Part shown: positions 1-9,000 of the stretch, in pieces | Numbering within the stretch: the first letter of the stretch is position 1 | Layout of the letters: each line of letters begins with the position of its first letter | IMG/VR virus record: IMGVR_UViG_3300025372_000008 | Location: 1 to 32,018 of that record | DNA length: 32,018 nucleotides | Direction: 5' to 3' (one strand) | DNA from: a virus | Taxonomy: Duplodnaviria > Caudoviricetes | The notes under the pieces: model-generated | What the model saw: the letters and a program-made list of their open reading frames with translations, nothing else | Databases searched by the model: none | Told to the model about the DNA's origin: nothing | Position numbers and translations under genes: made by a program

Positions 1-99
1 GCTCCGTTGGCGAATGAAGCTGACCCATCTGCTTCCAAAAACCCCTGACCAGCATATCCAAAATTTAGGCTGCCCAATATTGCGTCAGTATAACGCTCA
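1..99. repeat. Terminal overlap identical to 31920-32018 (circular assembly)
   Basis: Exact 99-nt identity of both ends. The overlap includes non-repeated fibre sequence, and the fibre ORF stays in frame across the junction. Confidence 0.93.
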
Positions 100-1664
100 G
101 AGGTAGACAAAAGGAGTGAACCATTAGGAAGCTCAAAAGTATTAGCTTGAATGTAATTAGCATAAACATTTCCAGAAGGGTCGATTGTGACGACTCCGTT
201 GGCGAAGCTGGCTGAACCATCAGCGTGCAAAGCAAGATCAGACCCCACAGATAACCCATTGGCAAAATTAGGATCAGAAGATGGGTCAAAGCTGCTTCCT
301 GTCAGGTTGGGGGCAGAGATGTTCCCACTGCTGTCGATGGTGCAGGCTCCGTGGGCGAAGGAAGCGGAACCATCTGAATTTAGAATGTTTGCGTTATTTA
401 TAGATAAGGTTCCAAGGGCGGAAGATCCATCCGAATGATCAATCCACCAAGTTCCTCCATAGAGATTTCCGCTGCTGTCGATGGTGAACGCTCCGTTGGC
501 GAAGCTGGCTGAACCATCGGGGTTTAATGCAGTAGGGCCGCCGTAATCGGCGTTATACCCAACGGCAATTCCACCAAAAAACTCGGAAGCATAGTTTCCA
601 TTTATGATTAAAAATCCATCCGTATTGATTGTGGAAGCGTGCAAATACCCAGTTGAATCCATTCCCCAAGGATGGTCTGGATCTCCATTATTTCCTACCG
701 AAAACCCATTGGCAAAATTAGGATCAGAAGATGGGTCAAAGCTGCTTCCTGTCAGGTTGGGGGCAGTGATGTTACCGCTAGTATCGATGGTGCATTGGCC
801 AGAAGCAAAGGAAGCAGAACCATCCGAATTCAAAGAAATGTCATTTAAAGTTATGTGCGTATCCACCTCCAAACTTCCTTGAACCCAGAGATCTGATACA
901 AATTGAGAAGATTGTTGAACAAGCAATCCCTCAAAACTTCCGCTTCCGTTTGAATCTATTCCGAATTGTGGATAGTTAAATATAGATACAGAATTAAAAT
1001 TTACATTATCCGCTGAGTTGAGCGACTGATTGAATGGATTTCCAGTTATATACCCAGCATCATTGGTGAACTCCGAGATGTTGTCGCCCTGATAGGCCAC
1101 ATTCCCAGTAGGCTGAAAGGTGGAATACCCAGCGTCGTTGGTGAATTCGGAAACATTATCCCCAACCAAGGCAGGGGTTCCACCGAGGGCAGATTCGATG
1201 TTTTCAATGGTTACGGATGCGTCTGATCCTGCCGGGCCGGTTGCTCCATCTGCACCAGCGGCTCCAGCCTGGCCAACAAGTGAGGAAACCGCGATGAGAT
1301 TGGTCCAAGTGGAGTCACCGAGGTGTTGCCATTGGATGTATCCCTCGGAGACTTGAAGATTGACCGAGGCCCCGTTGGTTCCATTTTGACCATTGCTGCC
1401 AGCGGCCCCCGCAGCTCCGGCGGCACCAGCGGCTCCAGCCGGGCCAACAAGTGAGGATACCGCGATGAGATTGGTCCAGGTAGAGTCGCCAACGTGTTGC
1501 CATTGGATATATCCCTCGGAGACTTGAAGATTGACCGAGGCGCCTGCGGTTCCCGCAGCTCCAGCTGGGCCAGCGGCTCCCTGGGGGCCTGCGCCGCCAC
1601 CTTGCACGACGGCGGTTATATTTGGCCCAGAAGGCGTGATGACGACATCAATGATTTCGCTCAT
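1..1664 (-). CDS. Tail fibre / receptor-binding protein, 5' part (continues at 31919..31271; 770 aa in total)
   Basis: ATG at 1664 overlaps the upstream TAA (TAATG). Translated by hand: MSEIIDVVITPSGPN, collagen-like G-x-x triplets, 2x VNLQVSEGYIQWQHxGDSTWTNLIAVSSLVG, 2x DNxSEFTNDAGY, then DGSASFxxGxxTIDxSGN repeats. Not in the ORF track because it runs off the window edge. Confidence 0.85.
   Translation of the reverse strand, partial: MSEIIDVVITPSGPNITAVVQGGGAGPQGAAGPAGAAGTAGASVNLQVSEGYIQWQHVGDSTWTNLIAVSSLVGPAGAAGAAGAAGAAGSNGQNGTNGASVNLQVSEGYIQWQHLGDSTWTNLIAVSSLVGQAGAAGADGATGPAGSDASVTIENIESALGGTPALVGDNVSEFTNDAGYSTFQPTGNVAYQGDNISEFTNDAGYITGNPFNQSLNSADNVNFNSVSIFNYPQFGIDSNGSGSFEGLLVQQSSQFVSDLWVQGSLEVDTHITLNDISLNSDGSASFASGQCTIDTSGNITAPNLTGSSFDPSSDPNFANGFSVGNNGDPDHPWGMDSTGYLHASTINTDGFLIINGNYASEFFGGIAVGYNADYGGPTALNPDGSASFANGAFTIDSSGNLYGGTWWIDHSDGSSALGTLSINNANILNSDGSASFAHGACTIDSSGNISAPNLTGSSFDPSSDPNFANGLSVGSDLALHADGSASFANGVVTIDPSGNVYANYIQANTFELPNGSLLLSTSERYTDAILGSLNFGYAGQGFLEADGSASFANG
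194..380. repeat. Fibre module repeat (related copies at about 703-830 and 31768-31950; partial copy at about 474-518)
   Basis: Shared core acccattggcaaaattaggatcagaagatgggtcaaagctgcttcctgt, encoding TGSSFDPSSDPNFANG. Confidence 0.9.
1252..1541. repeat. Tandem ~119-bp direct repeat (1252-1370 and 1423-1541) in the fibre N-terminus
   Basis: Near-identical DNA encoding ASVNLQVSEGYIQWQHxGDSTWTNLIAVSSLVGxAGAAG, separated by collagen-like triplets. Confidence 0.9.
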
Positions 1665-2017
1665 TATTCTGAGTAATTAGGGGAAACTGTCACGGGGCCG
1701 ACCACGACCTGAATCGGCTGACCGCCGTTTGTGGTCACAAAGACATCATGGAAAAAGGTGGCATCCGCGGGGAAGGGAAGTGGCAAGGATGCCGTTTGGG
1801 ATGCCGTTAGGGATCGCGTGATGATCCCCGAGGTGGCGGGGCTGGAAATTGCCACCGTGAAAGAGGCTAGCACTCCATATCCGAGCGAAACAGGGCCGCG
1901 ACGGATCTGGGAGATGACGGCGGCATCGGTCAAATCAATGGCCGATCCGTCCGGATGAGTCAGATTGATCGTGTCCTCGTAGAACTGCCCTTGAATAATA
2001 GGAATCGGCACGGCCAT
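1664..2017 (-). CDS. Fibre-associated / baseplate-upper (BppU/LtfC-like) protein, 117 aa
   Basis: Pattern IIQG..Y...I...DGSAIDLT.....QIR, beta-rich. Translationally coupled to the fibre gene. Confidence 0.6.
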   Translation of the reverse strand: MAVPIPIIQGQFYEDTINLTHPDGSAIDLTDAAVISQIRRGPVSLGYGVLASFTVAISSPATSGIITRSLTASQTASLPLPFPADATFFHDVFVTTNGGQPIQVVVGPVTVSPNYSE

Positions 2018-2030
2018 GGTAGAATGGGGA

Positions 2031-2051
2031 AAAGCTAAAAGCTAAAAGCTG
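2031..2051. repeat. Heptamer tandem repeat (AAAGCTA)2 AAAGCTG
   Basis: Read directly; the same unit occurs at 7660-7687. Confidence 0.85.
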
Positions 2052-2080
2052 AAGGTTGGGGACCCATACCGCAGGGCTAA

Positions 2081-2086
2081 TGTCAA
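2081..2086 (-). promoter_or_regulatory. TTGACA motif, 13 nt before ATG 2067 of a 10-codon micro-ORF (MGPQPSAFSF)
   Basis: TTTGACA-TTAGCCCTGCGGT-ATG; member of a genome-wide motif family. Confidence 0.6.
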
Positions 2087-2295
2087 ACAAGCCTCTGGGA
2101 AGAGGCGCGTAAGACTATTTCGTAAGAAATAGCCCGAAGGGCGGCACCGCTTTGCGGGAGCAAAGTGCCGTCAAAAGGCTCGGATTAGGAGCACAGCGAG
2201 TGGGTGAGCCGAGCGGGCGCGAGCGAATCAAACAAGCCGTCAAAAAATCGCCCAAGGGATGCCTGATTCGGGAGAATCGGCAGACAAAAATGCTC
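2083..2295. repeat. Hairpin-rich intergenic element (REP/MITE-like or structured RNA)
   Basis: Stems gcctct-ggga-agaggc, ctatttc-gtaa-gaaatag, gccc-gaa-gggc, ctttgc-ggga-gcaaag and gattc-ggga-gaatc. An 11-bp direct repeat tcaaacaagcc lies at 2083 and 2228. Confidence 0.7.
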
Positions 2296-2298
2296 TTC

Positions 2299-3327
2299 TC
2301 AAAGCGCCACAAACGGCTGCTCTCTCTGACGGAGGTGGCCGAAATACGCAGGATCCTGCTCGTGCCATGCTCGGTGATGGACGATCTTATCACCACGGCG
2401 CTTGATATGGTCGCAGGCGACATGAGGGACGCAGGCGATCCGGAGCCCTGCGGGTTTCCAACGTGACCAACAGAGGAAAAGATCTTGCGTTCCTTTTCCC
2501 TCGTATCCGGTAAAGTCGGCAAGCTGAAGGGCGCGACCAGAGAGCAGGGTACACCCTAGTCCGCACCAATCGGATGGCACGACCGCCCCTAGCCCGATGC
2601 CGGGGTAGGCGTGTTCCATCCATCCCCTGCGTCGCCAGCCGTGCTTTGCCGTGACCTCCCAGATATTCCCATCAGGGGGCGATTTCTTCACCCATTCGCG
2701 CAGGCGTACCATGCGCCGTTGTTCGCGCTCGAATGCTGAGACCTGAGACTTGAGACCGGAAACCTGAATGGATTTCAACCGTTCCTCGCATTTTTCCAAA
2801 AGCAATTTCAGTCGAGGCTTGAGCTTCCGTTCGCTGGGCAGGAAATCCTCCGCGATCTGGTGGCGATGGTCGCCAAATCCCCCAAGGAAAAGGCCGTTCG
2901 GATAAGTAGCCGCCGCGATGTCATAGTAGGCACCACCGACTGCATCGGGCATCTGGAGTGTCCATTCTAGCACCCGGAGCGCATCAGCGGTCGGGATGGT
3001 GTCGCTCTCAACCGACCAGCACTGATCCGATTTGATGCGGCGGGCAAACTCAAAAGCTGCACCCTGGAGGCGGGCGATCCGGATCTGGGCCTCCTCTTTG
3101 TAATCTTTGGCATCCTCCTCGATCGGGAGGCGGAGGGTCGTGATTTTCCACCCCTCGGGAAGGTGTCCTTTGGCAAATTCCTCGGCGCGTTTGGATTCCT
3201 CGCTCTGATCGGTGGAAAAGATGAAGTGTGCCTCGGCGTGGTGGCCTGCTGCGGTGGCGATGGCGCGAATCAACTGCGGCCATGCGTGGAGGTAGCTGCG
3301 CGTGGCAGCGGTGGTGATGGATATCAT
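2299..3327 (-). CDS. Glycosyltransferase, GT-A fold / family 2-like (start at ATG 3327; ORF track extends to 3357)
   Basis: N-terminal ISITTA strand, DxD-like VESD motif, DWCGLGCTLL, GTQDLFLC and GLRIACVPHVACDH motifs typical of GT2-like enzymes. Confidence 0.75.
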   Translation of the reverse strand: MISITTAATRSYLHAWPQLIRAIATAAGHHAEAHFIFSTDQSEESKRAEEFAKGHLPEGWKITTLRLPIEEDAKDYKEEAQIRIARLQGAAFEFARRIKSDQCWSVESDTIPTADALRVLEWTLQMPDAVGGAYYDIAAATYPNGLFLGGFGDHRHQIAEDFLPSERKLKPRLKLLLEKCEERLKSIQVSGLKSQVSAFEREQRRMVRLREWVKKSPPDGNIWEVTAKHGWRRRGWMEHAYPGIGLGAVVPSDWCGLGCTLLSGRALQLADFTGYEGKGTQDLFLCWSRWKPAGLRIACVPHVACDHIKRRGDKIVHHRAWHEQDPAYFGHLRQREQPFVAL

Positions 3328-3357
3328 GGGGATCGTTATCCCCAGAAGATTTGTCAA

Positions 3358-4668
3358 TCAGACCAAGAAATAGCTGCCGGAGTAAGTTTCCAAAGATCCG
3401 TCCGAAAGGTAGGTGTACGGAGGATTGTATCGAAAGGGTCCGAAAACAATATTGGCACCATCCTCGATTGAGAATGTGGAAGAAAAGGAATCATCGACAA
3501 AAATGGTATCCGAAGTCGTGGAATCCGAAAAATTAGATGTTATCCCATAAATGCAGGGAATTCCCCATTCCCATGTTGCGGTCCAGATTTGGCCTCCCGG
3601 AAGCGTGGCATTGGTAATCGTTGCGTCGGTGGTGGCATCATAAAAACCAGCAAAGAAAGAAACGGAGGCCGTGGAATCAATCGTGGAAGATATTGAAAGG
3701 GTGATGGTATGCGTGGTCTGAACAGTCGAAGAGCTGGCCTCGGTGGTCGTGGTATAGGCGATCTGATCGGCGCTGATGTATTTGAATGAATAAGTGTTCA
3801 AATCTCCCCATCGCCCCGTGGTCCAATCGGTAAAGCTAACGGCTTCCTCAATGAACGGGTGGATCGATGAGACGATGGGAGTGATGCAACTAATGACTTC
3901 ACCATGGGATCCATGGATTAAAAAAACGGTGTTGCCAGGGTGCAATGAATCGCCATAGGTGGTTCCTAGAAAATCCACCACCCCTGGAACGTATCCGCCA
4001 AAAGCAACCGGAAAGGATAAACTGGAAACTTCAAAGGTGGTTTCCGTCGCCGTAAGGATGCTTCCCTGAAGGATATTCCCCGGATCGGCGTAGCTTGCCA
4101 CATCATCCAGGCTATAAAATGAATAAGTTTCCGTGGTGTAACTGGCCGCTGAAAATGATACCTCGATGCTGGTTTGAGTCGTCACCGACGAAGTCCCCTG
4201 GCATTCGGTAAATGTCCCGAAAATTGTATAATTGCTCTGACGGGTCTGAGACGCATCAAAAGAATGCGATTTGATACTGCCTGAAATGGCCGTGAATGTC
4301 TGCGAAGCATCGCTGGTGCTGGAATGAGAAATGACGGTGTTGGAGGTTTGCCCCTGCGTGGTGGTGTATATATCCCAAGAGGAAGAACCATTCAGGCTGT
4401 AATCCGACAAGCACGCCGTGGTGGTGTAGGATGTCGGTGCGTAAGCGGAGTAACGCGCACCAAAGATGAAATTATCCAGATGCTTGTAAGATGCCGACTC
4501 GGATTGGCCCCATGATGCAGCTCCTGAAAAGGAATCGGTGAACGAATTGTCGGTGTCGTCGGTATTGAATGATCCCGAATAAGCATAGGAACCCGTGGAA
4601 ATCGTCGAAACCGGATAAATGGCCACGGGGGCGCATTCCGAACCATAACTGAAGTCAATGATCGGCAT
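3358..4668 (-). CDS. Ser/Thr-rich minor tail protein, 436 aa
   Basis: Long ORF in the tail module coupled to the upstream gene. Extremely S/T-rich with only about 7 Lys+Arg. Confidence 0.65.
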   Translation of the reverse strand: MPIIDFSYGSECAPVAIYPVSTISTGSYAYSGSFNTDDTDNSFTDSFSGAASWGQSESASYKHLDNFIFGARYSAYAPTSYTTTACLSDYSLNGSSSWDIYTTTQGQTSNTVISHSSTSDASQTFTAISGSIKSHSFDASQTRQSNYTIFGTFTECQGTSSVTTQTSIEVSFSAASYTTETYSFYSLDDVASYADPGNILQGSILTATETTFEVSSLSFPVAFGGYVPGVVDFLGTTYGDSLHPGNTVFLIHGSHGEVISCITPIVSSIHPFIEEAVSFTDWTTGRWGDLNTYSFKYISADQIAYTTTTEASSSTVQTTHTITLSISSTIDSTASVSFFAGFYDATTDATITNATLPGGQIWTATWEWGIPCIYGITSNFSDSTTSDTIFVDDSFSSTFSIEDGANIVFGPFRYNPPYTYLSDGSLETYSGSYFLV

Positions 4669-5231
4669 CAGCTAATTGCCCAGACTCCCTGCCATGAGCC
4701 GTCGTAGGTGTTGATCTGATTGGCGGTCAAAGTGACGTTGCCACCGGCCACGTTGTAGATGGATCCCTTTTTGTATATGCCCAAGAGCACATCAAACCCG
4801 GTAGGAAAATCATCGGACGCAGGGGTCTGAACGTCAGGTGAGGATGTGTCGACATTGATCGACACCGACTGAACCGCGCCGCCGCTGGTGTCCACCGTGG
4901 CCTTGACATACCAAAGCGAAGTCGCATCGACGGTGAAGGTGTCGAACATATTCTCGGGCATGATGCCATTCACCGTGCCGGGCCATAATGAAATAGAAGG
5001 GGAATCGGCAGTTCCGCCTAAAACTATATCAAAAGGAAGTTTTGGCGATGTCGGAAAAAAAGAATTGTTAGAGATATTAAGCGTCGTTCCTCCCGGCGCG
5101 GTCGTGACGGTGTAGCCGGGGCCTTTCTGAAGGATGACCTCACGAAAATTGCTCTCCAGGATCGAGGCAATCCGATCCCACGCTCCGGGGGTGAGCATCC
5201 CCGCGCCTGTCATGCGAGGCAGGAGTCTCAT
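4668..5231 (-). CDS. Minor tail protein, 187 aa
   Basis: Second gene after the tape measure; beta-rich composition. Confidence 0.6.
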   Translation of the reverse strand: MRLLPRMTGAGMLTPGAWDRIASILESNFREVILQKGPGYTVTTAPGGTTLNISNNSFFPTSPKLPFDIVLGGTADSPSISLWPGTVNGIMPENMFDTFTVDATSLWYVKATVDTSGGAVQSVSINVDTSSPDVQTPASDDFPTGFDVLLGIYKKGSIYNVAGGNVTLTANQINTYDGSWQGVWAIS

Positions 5232-5234
5232 GCG

Positions 5235-5927
5235 TTAGAACCCGAAGGTATTCGACCCGCCACCACCACTGTAGGTGTAAAGACTGCTAGACCATCCTTT
5301 GAGACCCGACGCCCGCAGCTCATAGCTGTTGCGCCATTTGGACGTATTTAGTGATTTGGAGCTGGCTCCGGTGAGTAACCAGTTTGCCTGACCGGAGAGG
5401 CTAGGTAGGGAGACGGATTTGAAGTACGAAGTATAAACGGATCCCACCGTGGAAAGATCCACGATCTGGGACTCCACCAGGGAAACATGGGACGTGACGG
5501 TGGGGTTCAGATACGAGTCAATCCCCCAGAGGATGAACTGGGCATACCATCCCAAAGGGCTTGTCGGATTAGCCGCCACCAAGGCCGACCACCCATTCGC
5601 AGTATCTGATGGATTGGATTCTGCCAAAGATATCGCTTTGAGGTCAGAATTAGACAAAGCATGAGTTCCTCCGGATGCAAAAATGGGATGCGTGATCAGC
5701 GGCTCCGTGGAACAGGAAGAGGTGATTTCAATGTTTTCCCCCAAGGAAGCCGTTCCGATTTCTTTATAGGTTACAACGTATTTTCCCCCAGTATAGGATT
5801 GCTGGACATCATATGCGTCCGTGGGGGGCGTCGGGTAGGTATCAAATGCCTCAACGGTCGTCGTGGTCACATTTTGACCAAGCGAGGAATCATATTGGAT
5901 CGTGGTGGAAGTTGTCGTGGAGGCCAT
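5235..5927 (-). CDS. Tail tip / distal-tail-like protein, 230 aa
   Basis: Immediately downstream of the tape measure gene; structural-type composition. Confidence 0.6.
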   Translation of the reverse strand: MASTTTSTTIQYDSSLGQNVTTTTVEAFDTYPTPPTDAYDVQQSYTGGKYVVTYKEIGTASLGENIEITSSCSTEPLITHPIFASGGTHALSNSDLKAISLAESNPSDTANGWSALVAANPTSPLGWYAQFILWGIDSYLNPTVTSHVSLVESQIVDLSTVGSVYTSYFKSVSLPSLSGQANWLLTGASSKSLNTSKWRNSYELRASGLKGWSSSLYTYSGGGGSNTFGF

Positions 5928-5929
5928 AA

Positions 5930-7651
5930 TTATTGAGCAAAAGCGGCGGCGGGAATGGAAGCAACGGCTCCGGGGGCGCGTGAGGTATTCTCGGCAATCT
6001 TCTGAAGCAGGGCGCTTTGACGACGGTTTTCGGTCAAGATCGGATTGTCACCGACGAGGGCGGAACGGCCACCGCCCCCGACGCGCTCGAGGGAATCGGC
6101 GATGATTGAGAATTTGTTGGCTCCGATGTCGGCCAGATTAAAATCCGATTGGGCTGGTTTTTTGTAAAGATCAGCAGCCTCCTGCTGTCCTTCTGCATTC
6201 TTTTCCCCTGATCCTGGGATATACTTGAATGATTTGAAGGTCAGACCAGAAAACTGTTCCGCAATTTTCTTTTGGAATTCACCAGCAGCTTCTTCCAACG
6301 GGGCGCGATTGTTATTCGCAGCGTCATGAGCTTGCTTTACATAATCGATCCCATTGGCCTTGTTTTGTGCAGCAATCTTATCCGGATCAGTTTCGAGTCC
6401 GTTCTTTGCGGTATTGATGGCTTGCTGGATGTATTCCCCTTGCTTCTGGTAACCTTCCAGCGCCTTTTTAAGGCGGTCAAATTCAGCATATTTGGCTTTA
6501 CCTTCTTCGGTATAAGGATCAACTCCGCCGAGTTGTGAAGCAACCTGATGATACCGATTGTAAGCATTGGTTTCCCCGGCAGTATTGCGTTCCTGATCGG
6601 CGTACAGGGATTTCAATTCCTTTCCGGAATTGCCATTCAGTTTATTCCACGCATTGAGGGCCTTGTTGGTTAGCGCCTCCATTTGCGCTGCATAATAGTT
6701 TAGAGGCTCACGGAAAGCATCAAAGAGCACATCTTTGAGTTTTGACCCCTGAATCACCAGTTCCAGACCAAAAAGCTTCAAACTGTCTCCACTTAGGGCG
6801 ATGCCGATCAGTTTGCTAAGATCTTCGATGGCGTTTTTTGATGCTTCGTGGAAATTGGTTCCAAAGTTAGCTGCCACAATTCCCACGCGCTCACCCCACT
6901 TGGAAAAATCGACGTTTTCCAACTTATGGATTATCGGAGCAAAAACCCCAGCCGATGTGGAAGCTACTCCGACAAAAAACCCTTGGACGTTTCTTCCGAC
7001 GTGTTTGAAGTTTTCCTCGATCTCTTTGAATGCTGGGGATGATTTTTCCAAATCAGCGGCAAGGTTGGATATTCCGCCTGCGTTTTTGAAATTGGGATTG
7101 TTAAACAAGGCAAGCAACTCTTCGCCGCCTTTTCCAAAAATTTTACGGGCATCCTCGGCCTGCTCGTAAGGGTTTTTCAAATTGGCAATGGCCGTGCCGA
7201 TTTCTTCAAATGCTTTATTTGGCGCTTCATTGGCTAGCGTCCTAGCATCCAATCCAAGAGCATGAAGAATGGACGCTTGTCCTCCGCCTCCGACGGATTC
7301 AGCGATGGTGGCTTTCATTTTGCCCACCGAGGGAGCCAGTTTGGCCGCATCGACGCCAGCATCCTTGAAGGCGTTTTGAAGCATATACAGCGCCCCCACC
7401 GCAATCCCTGTGCGGTTGGAGAGATCCTGCATATCAGCACCAAGTTCCAGCGCACCGTGGAGACCTTCCATGATGGCCCCGATGGATCCAACCGCAGCAG
7501 CCACCTTGGCAATGGGGCCAAGGAGTTCTCCAAATCCTTCCTTGCCCATCTTGGTCGTCTCTTCCTTGACGGCATGGGTCGCCCTCTTGAGCGATTGAGT
7601 CAGAGGCGCAATATCGAGACCGAATTGAGCTAAAAGGGATTCGTTGGCCAT
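5930..7651 (-). CDS. Tape measure protein, 573 aa
   Basis: Ala/Gly-rich helical protein. N-terminal LxAxFGLD, DLSNRTGIAV and A.KIFGKGG.ELL motifs; position after the tail chaperones. Confidence 0.9.
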   Translation of the reverse strand: MANESLLAQFGLDIAPLTQSLKRATHAVKEETTKMGKEGFGELLGPIAKVAAAVGSIGAIMEGLHGALELGADMQDLSNRTGIAVGALYMLQNAFKDAGVDAAKLAPSVGKMKATIAESVGGGGQASILHALGLDARTLANEAPNKAFEEIGTAIANLKNPYEQAEDARKIFGKGGEELLALFNNPNFKNAGGISNLAADLEKSSPAFKEIEENFKHVGRNVQGFFVGVASTSAGVFAPIIHKLENVDFSKWGERVGIVAANFGTNFHEASKNAIEDLSKLIGIALSGDSLKLFGLELVIQGSKLKDVLFDAFREPLNYYAAQMEALTNKALNAWNKLNGNSGKELKSLYADQERNTAGETNAYNRYHQVASQLGGVDPYTEEGKAKYAEFDRLKKALEGYQKQGEYIQQAINTAKNGLETDPDKIAAQNKANGIDYVKQAHDAANNNRAPLEEAAGEFQKKIAEQFSGLTFKSFKYIPGSGEKNAEGQQEAADLYKKPAQSDFNLADIGANKFSIIADSLERVGGGGRSALVGDNPILTENRRQSALLQKIAENTSRAPGAVASIPAAAFAQ

Positions 7652-7659
7652 CGTGGTGA

Positions 7660-7687
7660 AAAGCTAAAAGCTGAAAGCTAAAAGATA
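7660..7687. repeat. Heptamer tandem repeat AAAGCTA AAAGCTG AAAGCTA AAAGATA in the tape measure leader
   Basis: Read directly; lies between a TTGACT motif (7700-7705) and ATG 7651. Confidence 0.85.
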
Positions 7688-7701
7688 AAAAGGAAATCGA
7701 G

Positions 7702-8391
7702 TCAAATGCCCCTCACACTGAATCCGGGGTATTTCTTGGCAATCGTGGCGACTTTTTTGAAAACTCCGGCACGGACATTTCTGTGGTAATATCCGACACG
7801 ACCATTGATGGCTTTTAATAATGCGGCGCGGCCACCGCCGCGAACGGCGGCGCGGGTGAAATTCTGGATCAGGAACCCAACTTGGGAAGCCGTCACTTTC
7901 CTGACATGGCTCACCTCATCGGAAAGCACTTTCCCATTCACCATGGCTTTGTTGACATAGCCGGGAGGCGTTTTTGGCAAAAGGATGCCCATGCGTTGCG
8001 CCAAAAGCACCCAAGAGCGCTTTGCCGTGCCGATTCGGCGTTTCAACTCAGCTTCCCGTTGCTCGGAATTCATTTGGATCCATGCCCAAATATAATCGGG
8101 GTAATGGTGGCGACCACTTTTGCCAGGACCAACCAGGTACGCGGTTCCTTTGGACAAGGAAGATTGAGGATGCTTGGCCGGGGAAGGTTCCCGAATAAAA
8201 ACCCATTTCTGGAGGCTTTTTTTAATGGAATTTGCTGTTGCTTTGGGCGTATTGGAGATAGCTGCCGAAAGAACGCTTCCGATTTCTGCTTTGACCACTT
8301 CTTCATAATTGACGCCGGTCAGCTTCGCCATGGCCTCCACGGCGCGGTTGAAATTCGATGTGTCGATTGTGAAGCCGGATTTACTCATCAT
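7702..8391 (-). CDS. Basic neck / tail-completion protein (HK97 gp10-like), 229 aa
   Basis: F.IDTS.F..A...... N-terminus, NTP motif, G.AK.SW motif, highly basic. Confidence 0.55.
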   Translation of the reverse strand: MMSKSGFTIDTSNFNRAVEAMAKLTGVNYEEVVKAEIGSVLSAAISNTPKATANSIKKSLQKWVFIREPSPAKHPQSSLSKGTAYLVGPGKSGRHHYPDYIWAWIQMNSEQREAELKRRIGTAKRSWVLLAQRMGILLPKTPPGYVNKAMVNGKVLSDEVSHVRKVTASQVGFLIQNFTRAAVRGGGRAALLKAINGRVGYYHRNVRAGVFKKVATIAKKYPGFSVRGI

Positions 8392-8614
8392 CTAGTCCTT
8401 CGGTGCCAAATGATCGGGCGAACTCGATCAAGTGGTCGATCTGCTGCGGAACGGGAGCACTGGGCTGCACGGTCCAGATATCGTGTGATCTCAGGGCAGC
8501 GTGGTAGTAGGCATTCACCCGATAGACGGGCAGCTCCATGATCTGCAACTCGGAAAAGCCGCCCTCCTTCGCAAGCGTGAAAATCAGGCTCGCGAGCGAC
8601 GGCGGCTCGAGGAG
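8381..8614 (-). CDS. Tail assembly chaperone gpT part, reached by -1 frameshift (gpGT about 206 aa)
   Basis: The -1 frame after the slippery C CCA AAC reads LLEPPSLASLIFTLAKEGGFSELQIMELPVYRVNAYYHAALRSHDIW...GLDDE*, a gpT-like pattern. Not in the ORF track. Confidence 0.75.
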   Translation of the reverse strand, partial: LLEPPSLASLIFTLAKEGGFSELQIMELPVYRVNAYYHAALRSHDIWTVQPSAPVPQQIDHLIEFARSFGTEGLDDE

Positions 8615-9000
8615 TTTGGGGGTGGGGTTTCCTTACTGGAAGCCAATCCCGGCTTTGGCTCGACTTCGATCTGGGTTTCACGTTCCAGATTGGTCACTTC
8701 GATAAACCATTCGGCGGCGGCGCGGAGATCTTCGGAAGTAAGGGTTTCCAGAAAAGCGTCCTTGTCCACAAGGTAAGCATTCCGGTTAAGCGTATTGATC
8801 GCCACGCGCTCGATCGGGGCCGCAATCAGGTAGATGAACGCAAAGAGGATCTCCTCATTTTTGTCGGCATCATCAAGATCTAGCCACCGAAGGATGCGAG
8901 CCATTTTGAGCTTTACATGGTGGTTATAGGGGCGAACCTTGACCCCGGCGATGACCGGCTCCTCGGCGTAGATCCGCTCGTTGATAGTGATGTCGCTCAT
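8584..9000 (-). CDS. Tail assembly chaperone gpG, 138 aa
   Basis: ATG 9000 overlaps the upstream stop (ATGA). Acidic helical protein ending in a slippery heptamer at 8614-8620. Confidence 0.75.
   Translation of the reverse strand: MSDITINERIYAEEPVIAGVKVRPYNHHVKLKMARILRWLDLDDADKNEEILFAFIYLIAAPIERVAINTLNRNAYLVDKDAFLETLTSEDLRAAAEWFIEVTNLERETQIEVEPKPGLASSKETPPPNSSSRRRSRA

Noticed and set aside
1-99. Biological direct terminal repeat
   Set aside because: Exactly 99 nt, mid-gene and far from terS; fits an assembler k-mer overlap of a circular contig.
194-830. Fibre repeats as template/variable repeats of a diversity-generating retroelement
   Set aside because: No reverse transcriptase gene is visible; differences are mostly synonymous and not adenine-specific; all copies are coding.
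8388-8681. 97-aa ORF from the track as the gpT gene
   Set aside because: Wrong frame; the -1 frame ending at 8381 gives the chaperone-like sequence.
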